Part shown: positions 1 to 9,067 of the stretch, one piece after another
How positions within the stretch are numbered: position 1 is the stretch's first letter
Layout of the letters: each line of letters starts with the position of its first letter
Assembly (NCBI GenBank): GCA_938091905.1
Contig: CALKOM010000012.1
Span: 1 to 48,591 of the forward strand
DNA: 48,591 nucleotides
DNA from: an uncultured Verrucomicrobiales bacterium
GTDB taxonomy: Bacteria; Verrucomicrobiota; Verrucomicrobiia; Verrucomicrobiales; DEV007
Direction: 5' to 3'
Program-made: the position numbers and the translations under genes
Notes under the pieces: generated by a model
What the model was told of the DNA's origin: nothing
The model's input: the letters and a program-made list of their open reading frames with translations, nothing else
Databases searched by the model: none

Positions 1-140
1 ACCGCATCACGTCGGGAAAGATTGAAGGATTCAACAATCTTGTTTCAAGAGTGGTGCATCGGGCCTGCGGAATCACTAACATGGATTACGCATGGTTGAA
101 ATTTCGGCAGCTCTCCATCCAGCAAACTTGACGGAGCGCC
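1..140 (+). mobile_element. 3' end of an ISL3-family insertion sequence (transposase C-terminus 3..131 plus right end)
   Basis: The frame from nt 3 reads RITSGKIEGFNNLVSRVVHRACGITNMDYAWLKFRQLSIQQT*, matching the ISL3 C-terminal (T/S)xGxxEGxNN..K/R...G motif. The element appears to end at ...GGAGCGCC (140), followed by an AT-rich target-like ATTTTTTT. Confidence 0.8.
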
Positions 141-359
141 ATTTTTTTATCTAATTTGTATCCGATTTTTAGCTAGGATTAAGACGCAATGCCGTGAAAC
201 GGCTAGAAATGAAGGGTTAGTGTTAGTGTTACGCAAGCTCTGTGTATATAGCGATATGCTTGGGATTAGGTGTGGAATCGAGGGAGGCCCAAAGCTGCAC
301 CCAACGGCTACTAGAGCCGCAGGGATTCCATCAACATCTTCCAGGGTGTTCAGACGCCT

Positions 360-2270
360 TTAGCGGGCGAACCAGAGCTTTTTCCGAAGAATTGCCGCGC
401 GATCATTGATTTGAGCAAAGGAGCGAATACGGGCCTGAGCTTGCTCTGGGGTCATGGCGCGTGTCTTCGAGAGGGCACGAGTCAGCTTCATGCGGCTGGC
501 GCTCTCGTTGAAGATGGCCTCCACGTGTTGAAGCTCTTCTTTCCTAGCATAACCCTCGGACGCTTTCTTTTCCATGAGGTAGAGCTCGCGATCCCATTGC
601 GCCGTCGTCGGGTCGGAAAACTGACCCGAGCCATTGCGATATCTGCTACGCTCATGCGGGGCTGTTAGAGTTGCTCCGGGACGTTCCGAAACTCCCTGCA
701 TGTCTGATCGAAGCAAGGTTGGTGTGATGAACATCATAAGATTCTTTCGGGAGTGCTTCTTACTGCGATTACGGAAGAGTTCGCCCAATACAGGAAGTTT
801 GCCTAACATAGGCACGCTTGACTCGCCGTTCGTATTGAGGGCTTCGTCAAGACCGGCGATGGCCACTGTGTATCCAGAGCGGACACGGAGAGGGGCGCTG
901 AAAACTCGTGAACTAGCAATAGGATATGGGTTGTCTTCGATCAGTCGTTCACCAATAATACTAGATAACGTGAGTCGAACGTCCAGAGCGACTGTTTGAT
1001 CTGCCATTTCACGAGGCAAGAGGTTGATCACCGTTCCAATAGGTAAATATTGCACTGCGGAAGTGGTCGTCGCGCCCGAGCCGGGGGTTGTTGATGATGA
1101 TGCGGCGAGCACGGGCTCGTTAATCACACTGCGAATCACCACTTCACGATTACTCAGCGTGAGCACGCGAGGGTAGGATACCTGTGTCGTCTCCTGATCG
1201 GAAAGGAGGGCACGCAGAGTGGCGTTCACGTCTGTAGAGCTCAACACTGCACTTTGCGGTGCCACTGTATCTTTGAGAAAATTGAAGTCCAAATTGGTGC
1301 TGAGACCAGTCAGATCGAACCCCATTCCATTGTCACCTAAGGTGCCGCTCCAGTCGATTCCAAGCTGACGCTTCGGATCTTTAGTGGTTTCAAAGAACTT
1401 CACTTCAACGGCGATCATTGGACGAGGCTTGTCCGCATCGCGCAGATACTCAGTCACCATTTCGTGTTGTTTGAGAGTGGCTACCACAAAGAGCGAATTG
1501 GAATCCCCATTCCAGATGACCTTAGCACTGTCCTCATGAGACTCTCCCTGAACGAGGTCGGTAGCTTGGGGAGACAATGTTCCTGCGCCGATGCCAGCAC
1601 TGCCTGGAGCTTGAAGAAACTGCTCGTTTGAGAGGATGCTAGAAAAGCCCGCAGATTTGATGCCCAGAATCAGTTCTACATCTTCGATCAGCTGGCTGGG
1701 TTCCACGGTGAAAGCTGGACCGGAGTTAGCCTGAAGATCGATTCCCGTCGAAAGGCCACTACCGTTTGCGCCACCACTACTGCCACGTGAAGAGTTTCCC
1801 CCGCCGCCACCTGAAGAACTAACCTCGATCTTCTCCTTTGTATTGTATTGAATATTGTAGCTCTTCGCGACCAGCTCACTGCTGTTGGATGGCTTCAGGG
1901 ACCACAAAGACCGGTCGCCGCGCTGATTGTAGACGAGTGCGATACCGTTGTCGTCCGCCAATGTCTCAAGGGCTCCAAATGGGCTCATCTCGAAGGTGAA
2001 TGTGACTAGACGGGAGGCGTCCTCAAGATCGCCAGGGAGCGAGATAAAATTGATCCCAGCCTCTGCCGCTAGCATCCTGAGGATATCGGAGAGCCTTGCC
2101 TGAGAGAAAACGAATTTCTCGGCGGGGGCATTCCTTAGCGGGCGGGCAGCAGTCTCGTATTCCGAAGAGTTTCGGATGTGGGATTGAGCGGAAGCTGATG
2201 GGAGCGCTGGCGCGACGAGCAGAGCCAAGCCCAGGAGAGTGGATAGGGTACGAGATCGGAGCAGAGACAT
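360..2270 (-). CDS. pilQ: Secretin (PilQ/GspD family outer-membrane channel)
   Basis: Signal peptide, N0/STN-like LSDILRMLAAEAGINF, Ser/Gly linker, and secretin core motifs IAVEVKFFE, LGIDWS, PRVLTLSN, VRSGYTVAIAGL, VPMLGKLPVLGELFR, LMMFITPTLL. Divergent from the pilT operon. Confidence 0.9.
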   Translation of the reverse strand: MSLLRSRTLSTLLGLALLVAPALPSASAQSHIRNSSEYETAARPLRNAPAEKFVFSQARLSDILRMLAAEAGINFISLPGDLEDASRLVTFTFEMSPFGALETLADDNGIALVYNQRGDRSLWSLKPSNSSELVAKSYNIQYNTKEKIEVSSSGGGGGNSSRGSSGGANGSGLSTGIDLQANSGPAFTVEPSQLIEDVELILGIKSAGFSSILSNEQFLQAPGSAGIGAGTLSPQATDLVQGESHEDSAKVIWNGDSNSLFVVATLKQHEMVTEYLRDADKPRPMIAVEVKFFETTKDPKRQLGIDWSGTLGDNGMGFDLTGLSTNLDFNFLKDTVAPQSAVLSSTDVNATLRALLSDQETTQVSYPRVLTLSNREVVIRSVINEPVLAASSSTTPGSGATTTSAVQYLPIGTVINLLPREMADQTVALDVRLTLSSIIGERLIEDNPYPIASSRVFSAPLRVRSGYTVAIAGLDEALNTNGESSVPMLGKLPVLGELFRNRSKKHSRKNLMMFITPTLLRSDMQGVSERPGATLTAPHERSRYRNGSGQFSDPTTAQWDRELYLMEKKASEGYARKEELQHVEAIFNESASRMKLTRALSKTRAMTPEQAQARIRSFAQINDRAAILRKKLWFAR

Positions 2271-2468
2271 TAGTCAGTGGAAGGGCTGAATGTTGATAAA
2301 TCATAATTATTATAAATTATTGGAAATTCAAGGCGAAACGGGGAAGTTATTGAAATCCTGGTAATTTGAAAAATGGCTTGAATTTTATGCTTTTTATGTA
2401 AATATCATACTTAACTTAAGAGGTTGTAGCCCGCTTCCATTCCAGTAAATCACTCACACACGAGATTA
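2271..2468. promoter_or_regulatory. AT-rich divergent promoter region between the secretin gene and the pilT operon
   Basis: 198 bp, strongly AT-rich, between head-to-head genes, with several TTGAA and TATCAT/CATACT-like hexamers. Exact boxes could not be resolved. Confidence 0.55.
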
Positions 2469-3530
2469 ATGCCACAACACGACTTTCGCGAAGATACCCC
2501 GGTAGGGCAGCGTATCATGCAGCTCGCGCAGTCGGGTAGCATTAGTGACTTCTACATCACTCCTTGGGAGACTCTGTGCTACAAGCTGAATGGCGAGCTT
2601 CACAGAGATGAGTCGTTCATCTACACCCCAACGCAGCAGTTGGATGTCGTGCCTGGCTGCTTTGACTACGCCATCGTGCTTGGCCCTCACCGCTTTCGTG
2701 TGAACCAGTTGGTCACTCGTGGAAAGCTTCGCTGGGTAATGCGTTTGCTACCTGTGCAGATTCCCACCGCAGAGCAGGTCAGTGTGCCCGCTCCCGCTAT
2801 TAAAGCATTCCTAGAATCTAAGAACGGACTCTTCTTGGTTTGTGGAGCAACTGGTAGTGGTAAGTCCACCACGATTGCTTCCATGGTCCTTCACCGGGCA
2901 CAACGCCGACGTGAGCACGTCGTCACGTTTGAGGATCCGATCGAGTATGTGTATCCCGACAACACTGCCTCCCTTATCTCCCAGCGAGAAATGGGCACGG
3001 ATGAACTAGATTTTGGGGCTTCACTCCGAGCTGCTCTTCGTCAGGCACCTGATGTCATCAATATTGGTGAGATTCGTGATGGTCAAACCGCCGAGATTGC
3101 GCTGCAGGCGGCAGAAACGGGACACGTTGTGGTTGCCACGCTCCACACCTCAACCGCAGCTCAGACAGTTGCTCGTTTTCTGAAGCTAATCCCATCTGAG
3201 CGACTCGAGAGTGCCCAGTCTACCTTCGCAGACGTCATGGGCATGATCCTCTGTCAGCGCTTGATGCTCGATGAGGAAAAAGGCAAGCGCTTCGCGGTTC
3301 ACGAACTCCTCCTTCAGTATGACTCAGTGTCCAACCTCATCCGGCGTGGTGAGTTCAAGAAACTCGATCAAGAACTCGAAGTCGGTTGGAAGCGGGGAAT
3401 GTCTAACTTTGAACAGAGCATGGCGGTTCGCGCTCAAGAAGGTTGGCGCGGGTCACAGAAGAATCAGAAATCTGGCTATAGCGAAGGCGAGGTCCGCGAA
3501 TATCTCGAAACTCAAGAGGTTCTTACATAA
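2469..3530 (+). CDS. pilT: Type IV pilus retraction ATPase PilT
   Basis: Walker A GATGSGKST, Asp box TFEDPIEY, ALRQAPDVINIGEIRD, His box AAETGHVVVATLHT, and an AIRNLIRE-like SVSNLIRRG. 353 aa. Confidence 0.92.
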   Translation: MPQHDFREDTPVGQRIMQLAQSGSISDFYITPWETLCYKLNGELHRDESFIYTPTQQLDVVPGCFDYAIVLGPHRFRVNQLVTRGKLRWVMRLLPVQIPTAEQVSVPAPAIKAFLESKNGLFLVCGATGSGKSTTIASMVLHRAQRRREHVVTFEDPIEYVYPDNTASLISQREMGTDELDFGASLRAALRQAPDVINIGEIRDGQTAEIALQAAETGHVVVATLHTSTAAQTVARFLKLIPSERLESAQSTFADVMGMILCQRLMLDEEKGKRFAVHELLLQYDSVSNLIRRGEFKKLDQELEVGWKRGMSNFEQSMAVRAQEGWRGSQKNQKSGYSEGEVREYLETQEVLT

Positions 3531-3548
3531 CCACTCAGGAACCCAAAC

Positions 3549-4433
3549 ATGCAGCTCATACATCTAAAGAATTTACTGACATTTGCGTCATTTCGCCCTG
3601 AGCCGGCTGATCCAGCCGCAGCTTGGAGCACTCGCTTTCCCAATAAGCGGACGCTCTTGCTCAACGTGAACCGCAATACCGTCAACTGGCAGGTCATGCT
3701 CAAAGGTGGCAACTTGGGAGAAGGTGGAACGGTGGAAGGGTCCCTCCAAGAGGTCACTGAAATGTATGGTGATGAGTGGAAAGGAATGACCGACGATGGC
3801 TGGGTCTCCGTGTCTATCAACAATCGATTCATCCTATCACTTGAGAGTAACCTATCCCGAAAGAAGGGATACGAAGATATGCTTCGGACGAATCCTAAAA
3901 CTGTACTCGGAAGTAAGTTTGAAAGGGGAAAAGTTTATGCAGTACGTCATCACCCCGAGACAAACTCCAGTCTACTGCTCGCCTGTGAGGAAGTTTTGGT
4001 CAAAGAAACCCAGATCGCTCTAAAGAACGCTGACCTTCAGGTTGGCCGTTTGAGTTGCGGCCTCTTTGCGATCCTCACCGATGTGCTCTATCGGTTGCAC
4101 GACTCTGCGGATAAGGAAGGTGAAAATGAGGTGCCTTCCAACTATCTTGTCATCGCAGTCTGTCAGGGCTCAGTCTGTGTGCTTAAGCAGTCCGAAGGTC
4201 AGTGGACTGAACTCCGCTCTCGTTCAGCCTACTACGAACCTGGAGACCTTTCGTCCCTCCGCCGAATTCTTCAACCTATGTTGACCGATTGGTATCCTCA
4301 ATACCCAGCACTCTTTGTTAGTGATGATAATGATCCAAACAGTCTCGAACAAATCCGTCAGATGCTTCCTGGTTATGCGATCAGCGACGTGTCCTCTGGA
4401 GATCAACTCTGGTCTATTATTGGAAAGAACTAG
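3549..4433 (+). CDS. Cytoplasmic protein, putative divergent PilM/GspL-cytoplasmic-like alignment subunit
   Basis: 294 aa with no TM segment. It is the first of four genes preceding PilN/O/P-like genes, and its beta-rich segments are compatible with an actin-like fold. The assignment is mostly positional. Confidence 0.5.
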   Translation: MQLIHLKNLLTFASFRPEPADPAAAWSTRFPNKRTLLLNVNRNTVNWQVMLKGGNLGEGGTVEGSLQEVTEMYGDEWKGMTDDGWVSVSINNRFILSLESNLSRKKGYEDMLRTNPKTVLGSKFERGKVYAVRHHPETNSSLLLACEEVLVKETQIALKNADLQVGRLSCGLFAILTDVLYRLHDSADKEGENEVPSNYLVIAVCQGSVCVLKQSEGQWTELRSRSAYYEPGDLSSLRRILQPMLTDWYPQYPALFVSDDNDPNSLEQIRQMLPGYAISDVSSGDQLWSIIGKN

Positions 4434-4445
4434 TCTATTAATGTT

Positions 4446-5012
4446 ATGTTAGTTTGTCACGATCTCAAATTCGAAATCGCTCCTGTCGCGCCTCCGCTGT
4501 CAAATGGTCTGCGTGTGATCCCGGTCCTCTTCTACGTAGCTGTTGCAGGCTGCGCATTCTTCACTGCGTACTTCATGATTCAGAAGAACGCTTCAGAACG
4601 TGCAAGACTTGCACAAGAGCGAGTCACCGCAGAGGAGAAAAAGAAGATTGCTCAGATTCAGATGAAGTACAACGAGCTTGAAGGCGACGTAAAAAAGGCC
4701 AGCTCAATGATTGATTGGGTAAAAGGCTCATCGCCGATTCAACGCCTCGCAATGACTATTAATAATAGCATTGTGAAAACAGGTGAAAGCAGTATACGGT
4801 CGCTGAAGCTTAGCCGGACGCCAGAGAGTCCTTGGCAGATTAAGATGGCTCTTACGCTGAATGGGAGCGATGCCGAGTATTTAAATGATACTTTGGATGC
4901 ACTCGCAACCGGGCCTGAGAAATACAAGCGTTTTAACCCGCAGCGGTCATTGGGTGAAAATAGTGTGAACTACACAGCGACGCTTATTCGCCATACTGAG
5001 CAAGGTCTCTAA
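4446..5012 (+). CDS. Putative PilN-like bitopic alignment protein
   Basis: Single N-terminal TM (VIPVLFYVAVAGCAFFTAYFMI), then a coiled coil and a small alpha/beta periplasmic domain. Position in the operon fits. Confidence 0.6.
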   Translation: MLVCHDLKFEIAPVAPPLSNGLRVIPVLFYVAVAGCAFFTAYFMIQKNASERARLAQERVTAEEKKKIAQIQMKYNELEGDVKKASSMIDWVKGSSPIQRLAMTINNSIVKTGESSIRSLKLSRTPESPWQIKMALTLNGSDAEYLNDTLDALATGPEKYKRFNPQRSLGENSVNYTATLIRHTEQGL

Positions 5013-5034
5013 CTACTTAGCAAACGAACGAGAT

Positions 5035-5595
5035 ATGAAAGAAAAGCAACTTGCCTGTATCGTCTTAGGAATGGCTATCTTTGCCTGCTTCTTTGGCATT
5101 ATGAAAATGCAGACTAAGCTGCAGGATGCCCGCAAGAGGGCTGATAGCGCTAAAACGACATCAGAAAATACGAATCGTCAGCGAGTTGTCTCGAGCGCAA
5201 ACTTCGCTGATCTTCAGAGAAAGAGTGAGGCTGAGATTGCCTATTACGAACTTTGGAAGCCTGAGTTTGGTCAGTTTCCTACGGGTGAGCGAGTCACTGA
5301 CTTTGTGTTAAAACATATGAAGGAAAAGAAAGTTGATCCGTTTTCTCAAGGAATGAACCCCGTGGCCTATAAGGACAAGCATGGGATCATCAGCAAGTTG
5401 CAAAGAGTCAATCTTACTTGTGTGGGTGACTATGATACGGTCTTCAACTGGCTCGGCGATCTTGAAGTTGAGATTGCCACCAGCCGAGTTACCTCATGCG
5501 AAGTGACCAAGGCCCAGGGAGAAGCAGATATTCGGATGGTTCTGACCATTGATGTCCCGGTGATGAACGAAGATGAAAGTGAAGCAACTTCCTAG
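5035..5595 (+). CDS. Putative PilO/GspM-like bitopic alignment protein
   Basis: N-terminal TM and coiled coil, plus VNLTCVGDYDTVFNWLGDLE resembling the PilO G-x-Y-xx-h-xx-F/W-L-xx-L-E motif. Confidence 0.7.
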   Translation: MKEKQLACIVLGMAIFACFFGIMKMQTKLQDARKRADSAKTTSENTNRQRVVSSANFADLQRKSEAEIAYYELWKPEFGQFPTGERVTDFVLKHMKEKKVDPFSQGMNPVAYKDKHGIISKLQRVNLTCVGDYDTVFNWLGDLEVEIATSRVTSCEVTKAQGEADIRMVLTIDVPVMNEDESEATS

Positions 5596-5620
5596 TAATG
5601 CTAACAAAACCTTATAAGCT

Positions 5621-6163
5621 GTGAAAGCTATCCTAACTATTGCGTTGGCGGCTACGGCAACAGTTGTATTTGCCCAAGAGAATTCTCCAGAAGCTTCTGC
5701 TAACCCAAGCTCCGTTGGTGATCTTCCTAATAGACGTGCAGGAATCACTGTGCCCCCTGGTCAACAAAGCCCTTATGGCTTACCCCAGCAGAAGAAGAAG
5801 GTTCAATCGACCAAGCGACAGTATAGCCAGGAAGACCAGATCCGAGAGATCTTTTCGAAATTGTCTGTAACTGGTATCATTGGGAATGGAAAGAAAGTCT
5901 TGCTCCATAACATCACTCTAGAAGAGGGCGAGATTGTAGCCAACGTGCTCAGAAATCAGACAGAGGTTCTCCTTGTAAAGGAAATTACTCCCGAGAGGGT
6001 TTATATTGAGTGGATTGAGCAAACGCGACGAAAGAGGCCAAGAACGATGGAGATTCCTATCGATATGTCTCCCCGTGTTGAAGCGATTGTTCCAGGCCAA
6101 CGTGATGTGAGTAAAAAGTTAATGGGCATTGTTAGACTCCGCGGAAGTGAGGAAGATCAATGA
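5621..6163 (+). CDS. Putative PilP/GspC-HR-like periplasmic protein
   Basis: GTG start, signal peptide (..TVVFA|QE) and Pro/Gln linker, then LSVTGII...EGEIV...VKEITPERVYIEW typical of PilP/GspC-HR beta-sandwiches. Confidence 0.6.
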   Translation: MKAILTIALAATATVVFAQENSPEASANPSSVGDLPNRRAGITVPPGQQSPYGLPQQKKKVQSTKRQYSQEDQIREIFSKLSVTGIIGNGKKVLLHNITLEEGEIVANVLRNQTEVLLVKEITPERVYIEWIEQTRRKRPRTMEIPIDMSPRVEAIVPGQRDVSKKLMGIVRLRGSEEDQ

Positions 6164-6182
6164 AGAAGTCTAGACTGAGTCA

Positions 6183-7226
6183 TTGCCTATGAGAGTATCC
6201 TGCCGTTCCCTTAAGGGCTTCACCTTACCCGAAGTATTAGTTGCGGGAGCAATGAGCGCTGCCTTCATGACAGCGGCAGCACTGTCGTTTCAGGCTGTAA
6301 CCTACAATCAGCAGCGCTATCAGGGTTTGGTATCAGTGACCGTCAATTCTGGAGGTGGATTAGCCGGTGCTGTGGGTAATTTTTATCCCAACTTGACGGG
6401 ACAGACGATTTTAAATGTCTATGGCTCTCCCGCATATGGGCGGGCAGCGGCCGCTCAGAACGTGTATGAACGTTTTTGGGAAGATGTAGAGAAAGCATCA
6501 GCTGTATTCTGTTTAAGTAGAAATGGCCAATTGAATGTAGCAGGAACGCCTCCTGGTAATCTAATGCGGCCAAAAGAATTACCATTTCCTGTTGGGCTAA
6601 CATTTACGGATGTCGACTCCCACTCGGCGTTTTTGCTTAATGTGCTCATTCCCTATAACTCGGCGGCGTCAACGATTTACACCGACTATAGGAATGTGTC
6701 TCCGATACCATTGGGAGCAGATCCGATTCATGTGGGTGGGTCTGTTTATGTGATCCAACCTTATGATATTACTGGAGAGCTAGGCGTACGTGCGATCTAT
6801 GAGATCGATTTGATCAAGACCTCTTCGCCTGTTGGGGTCTATGCATCTGTAAGAAGATACGTGAAAAACGTTATCGCGGGATCGGATTTGTCTGACTATT
6901 ATGACGTTTTCTATGAGGATGCGAAAGTGACTGATTTTGGGCCCCTCTTTGTCGCTTTCGAGAAGAGTAGCCGTTTAGCATTGCCTGAGTCCGCGACGGC
7001 CGATGAGGATTCTTATGGAGTCACAGCAGATGCCTACAAAGTCGGACCTCGTGCTCCATTTACTTTTATGTGGTGGCCTGATCCGGCTCTGATGCTTGGG
7101 AAGGACGGAGGAGAATTAGTAGGGAATGCTGCAGCTCTCTCCGCTGGTGATGTCCGGGCTTCCTACTATGAAATGGGCGCCAAGACGAGTTTGATGAGCG
7201 TGGTGCCAATCTTTCCCTCTCTCTGA
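6183..7226 (+). CDS. Large minor pilin, PilW/GspJ-like
   Basis: Class III signal KG|FTLPEVLVAGAMSAAFM with E5. 347 aa. Alternative ATG start at 6189. Confidence 0.75.
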   Translation: MPMRVSCRSLKGFTLPEVLVAGAMSAAFMTAAALSFQAVTYNQQRYQGLVSVTVNSGGGLAGAVGNFYPNLTGQTILNVYGSPAYGRAAAAQNVYERFWEDVEKASAVFCLSRNGQLNVAGTPPGNLMRPKELPFPVGLTFTDVDSHSAFLLNVLIPYNSAASTIYTDYRNVSPIPLGADPIHVGGSVYVIQPYDITGELGVRAIYEIDLIKTSSPVGVYASVRRYVKNVIAGSDLSDYYDVFYEDAKVTDFGPLFVAFEKSSRLALPESATADEDSYGVTADAYKVGPRAPFTFMWWPDPALMLGKDGGELVGNAAALSAGDVRASYYEMGAKTSLMSVVPIFPSL

Positions 7227-7232
7227 TATAAC

Positions 7233-8618
7233 GTGAAGATTTTTCGAACGAAGAAGCGGTATCAAGGCAGTGTGCTCGTCGTGAGTTTGCTGATTCTTGT
7301 GGCGGGGACGGTTGGCATGGCGTCAATGACAGTAGTGCTCTCGGCTCGGAGTCAATTGGTCATGGACCTAGAGTTTGGCGTACAGCGTCGATTGGCATTG
7401 CGGAATGCGAGGGCTATGTGTCAGCTCTATTTTATCAACAGAGGTCTAGCTAATAGCTCTCCAGCAGTAGATCTTGATTTGGGAGGCGGTTGGGGAAAGG
7501 TAGGAATACCAGCATCGGCTGAGAATCCTCTTGGAAGCCAGCAAGAGTTCAGGCTGAAAAATCTCCTTAGCCCAGGTTGGGATCGTGGTTTTACGGAAGA
7601 TGTTCTAGCAACGGTGTATCATCCGGTTCCGTACGATACGGGCGGGGCTGAGGTTCAGACTTCAATGCGTGTGCAGCTCAAGAGTCGTTCTCCTTTGCTT
7701 GCAGGCAATCTGCTGATACTTCATCATACATTGACGAATTCGGGTTCGATTGATGCAACTATATCGGGTGGTGTTCAAGTGAATGGGCATGCGACCTTTT
7801 GGAAGGATGAGAGTTTTCCTGGTACTGTTGGAAACTTAAAAGTCGAAAGCTATGATCATTCAGATATTGTCTCCGAAGCTATTGGAAATCTCGCGGGTAA
7901 TCACATACCACCGACGAATTATCCTTTCTTCAGAAGAACGACAGGGAATGACGTCGTAGGAGCGACGGGTGTACCAATTACGGATGGAAGGTTCAATATG
8001 ATCCAAATTGGCACGGCGCCTGCCTTGCCGCCTGATCCCGATGCAATCTATAAAAAGAATACGCTTCATTATAAAATGACGGCGAACTCATCGCCAACGG
8101 TTGTGGATGGAAATTTCGATTATACAGTTGGAGCAGTGAGCGGTGATGAGCTGGCTGGTCAACGAAGAATTACCGTCGATTTGAATAATCCGGCGGTTTC
8201 TCCCGTAATTGTGAATGACGGCGTCTTCCATATCCGGTTTCTTGGATATATGGACTCGGGACAAGGCGATAATGAGCCGCCTGGTTTTACCATTGTTCGC
8301 TCAAGTGATCTCTTGTCAGTGACGTTTGAGAACAACAATTATCGACGTCTAGTGGTTGGTCTTCAGTCGTCAACTCATCGCGATGTTGCTGTAAATTTCA
8401 CGAATGCCGTGAGTTGGAGATTGTTGCTGACATCGGAACTGACGTCGACAACCTGGAATGTTCCTAGCGGCAGTGTGGTGAATCTTACCGGTGGTATTCG
8501 TACAGACTCAACGGTCGCGGTGCCCAGGGGTCTGCTCATTCTTAACAGAGAGTCTAGCCCAAACGCCTTAGAATTGATGGACCCACGTGAGAGCTGGGTT
8601 GAAATTTATCGGAACTAA
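7233..8618 (+). CDS. Large minor pilin, PilX/GspK-like
   Basis: Basic leader with QG|SVLVVSLLIL lacking E5 (a PilX/GspK hallmark), followed by RRLALRNA. C-terminal ESWVEI motif. 461 aa and beta-rich. Confidence 0.75.
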   Translation: MKIFRTKKRYQGSVLVVSLLILVAGTVGMASMTVVLSARSQLVMDLEFGVQRRLALRNARAMCQLYFINRGLANSSPAVDLDLGGGWGKVGIPASAENPLGSQQEFRLKNLLSPGWDRGFTEDVLATVYHPVPYDTGGAEVQTSMRVQLKSRSPLLAGNLLILHHTLTNSGSIDATISGGVQVNGHATFWKDESFPGTVGNLKVESYDHSDIVSEAIGNLAGNHIPPTNYPFFRRTTGNDVVGATGVPITDGRFNMIQIGTAPALPPDPDAIYKKNTLHYKMTANSSPTVVDGNFDYTVGAVSGDELAGQRRITVDLNNPAVSPVIVNDGVFHIRFLGYMDSGQGDNEPPGFTIVRSSDLLSVTFENNNYRRLVVGLQSSTHRDVAVNFTNAVSWRLLLTSELTSTTWNVPSGSVVNLTGGIRTDSTVAVPRGLLILNRESSPNALELMDPRESWVEIYRN

Positions 8619-8620
8619 TC

Positions 8621-9046
8621 ATGCAATCTCTTCTTTCTTCGACTGTCCACAGGAATTTCAACGGATATACTATCATTGAAGCGATGGTGGCTGTTTCTAT
8701 ACTTATGTTAGGAGTTGCTGCTGCCGCGGCGCTCTCGATGACTATGCTTACTCAAGAAGATATCAATGCTCGAGCTGCCCGCGCAATCAATTGGCAAGAG
8801 AATACGTTGCGTCTCTATCAACTTGGCCTTGGCACGAGTGCAGACGTCAGTGAGATTGTGGAGACGATGCCTGGCCTTCCTGGCCTTGACGCCTCGGGGC
8901 TGACTATTTCTACAACTTCAACGGATATTGATACCTCCGGAGGGTCCACCTTTAACGTGGATGTGTCAGAACTAACACTCGTATACAATAGCTTCGACCA
9001 TACAGACCAGAACCGGACTTCGCAAATGACTGTGGTTCGCTACTAA
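8621..9046 (+). CDS. Minor pilin, PilV/GspI-like
   Basis: NG|YTIIEAMVAVSILMLGVAAA matches the PilV-type N-terminus. 141 aa. Confidence 0.8.
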   Translation: MQSLLSSTVHRNFNGYTIIEAMVAVSILMLGVAAAAALSMTMLTQEDINARAARAINWQENTLRLYQLGLGTSADVSEIVETMPGLPGLDASGLTISTTSTDIDTSGGSTFNVDVSELTLVYNSFDHTDQNRTSQMTVVRY

Positions 9047-9067
9047 AATCTCTGTTCCCTCCTACTC

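Noticed and set aside
214..232. GTTAGTGTTAGTGTTAC short repeat, and a CRISPR/tRNA/rRNA search in general
   Set aside because: Under three units of a hexamer. No repeat-spacer array, cas gene, tRNA cloverleaf or rRNA-like sequence was seen anywhere in the window.
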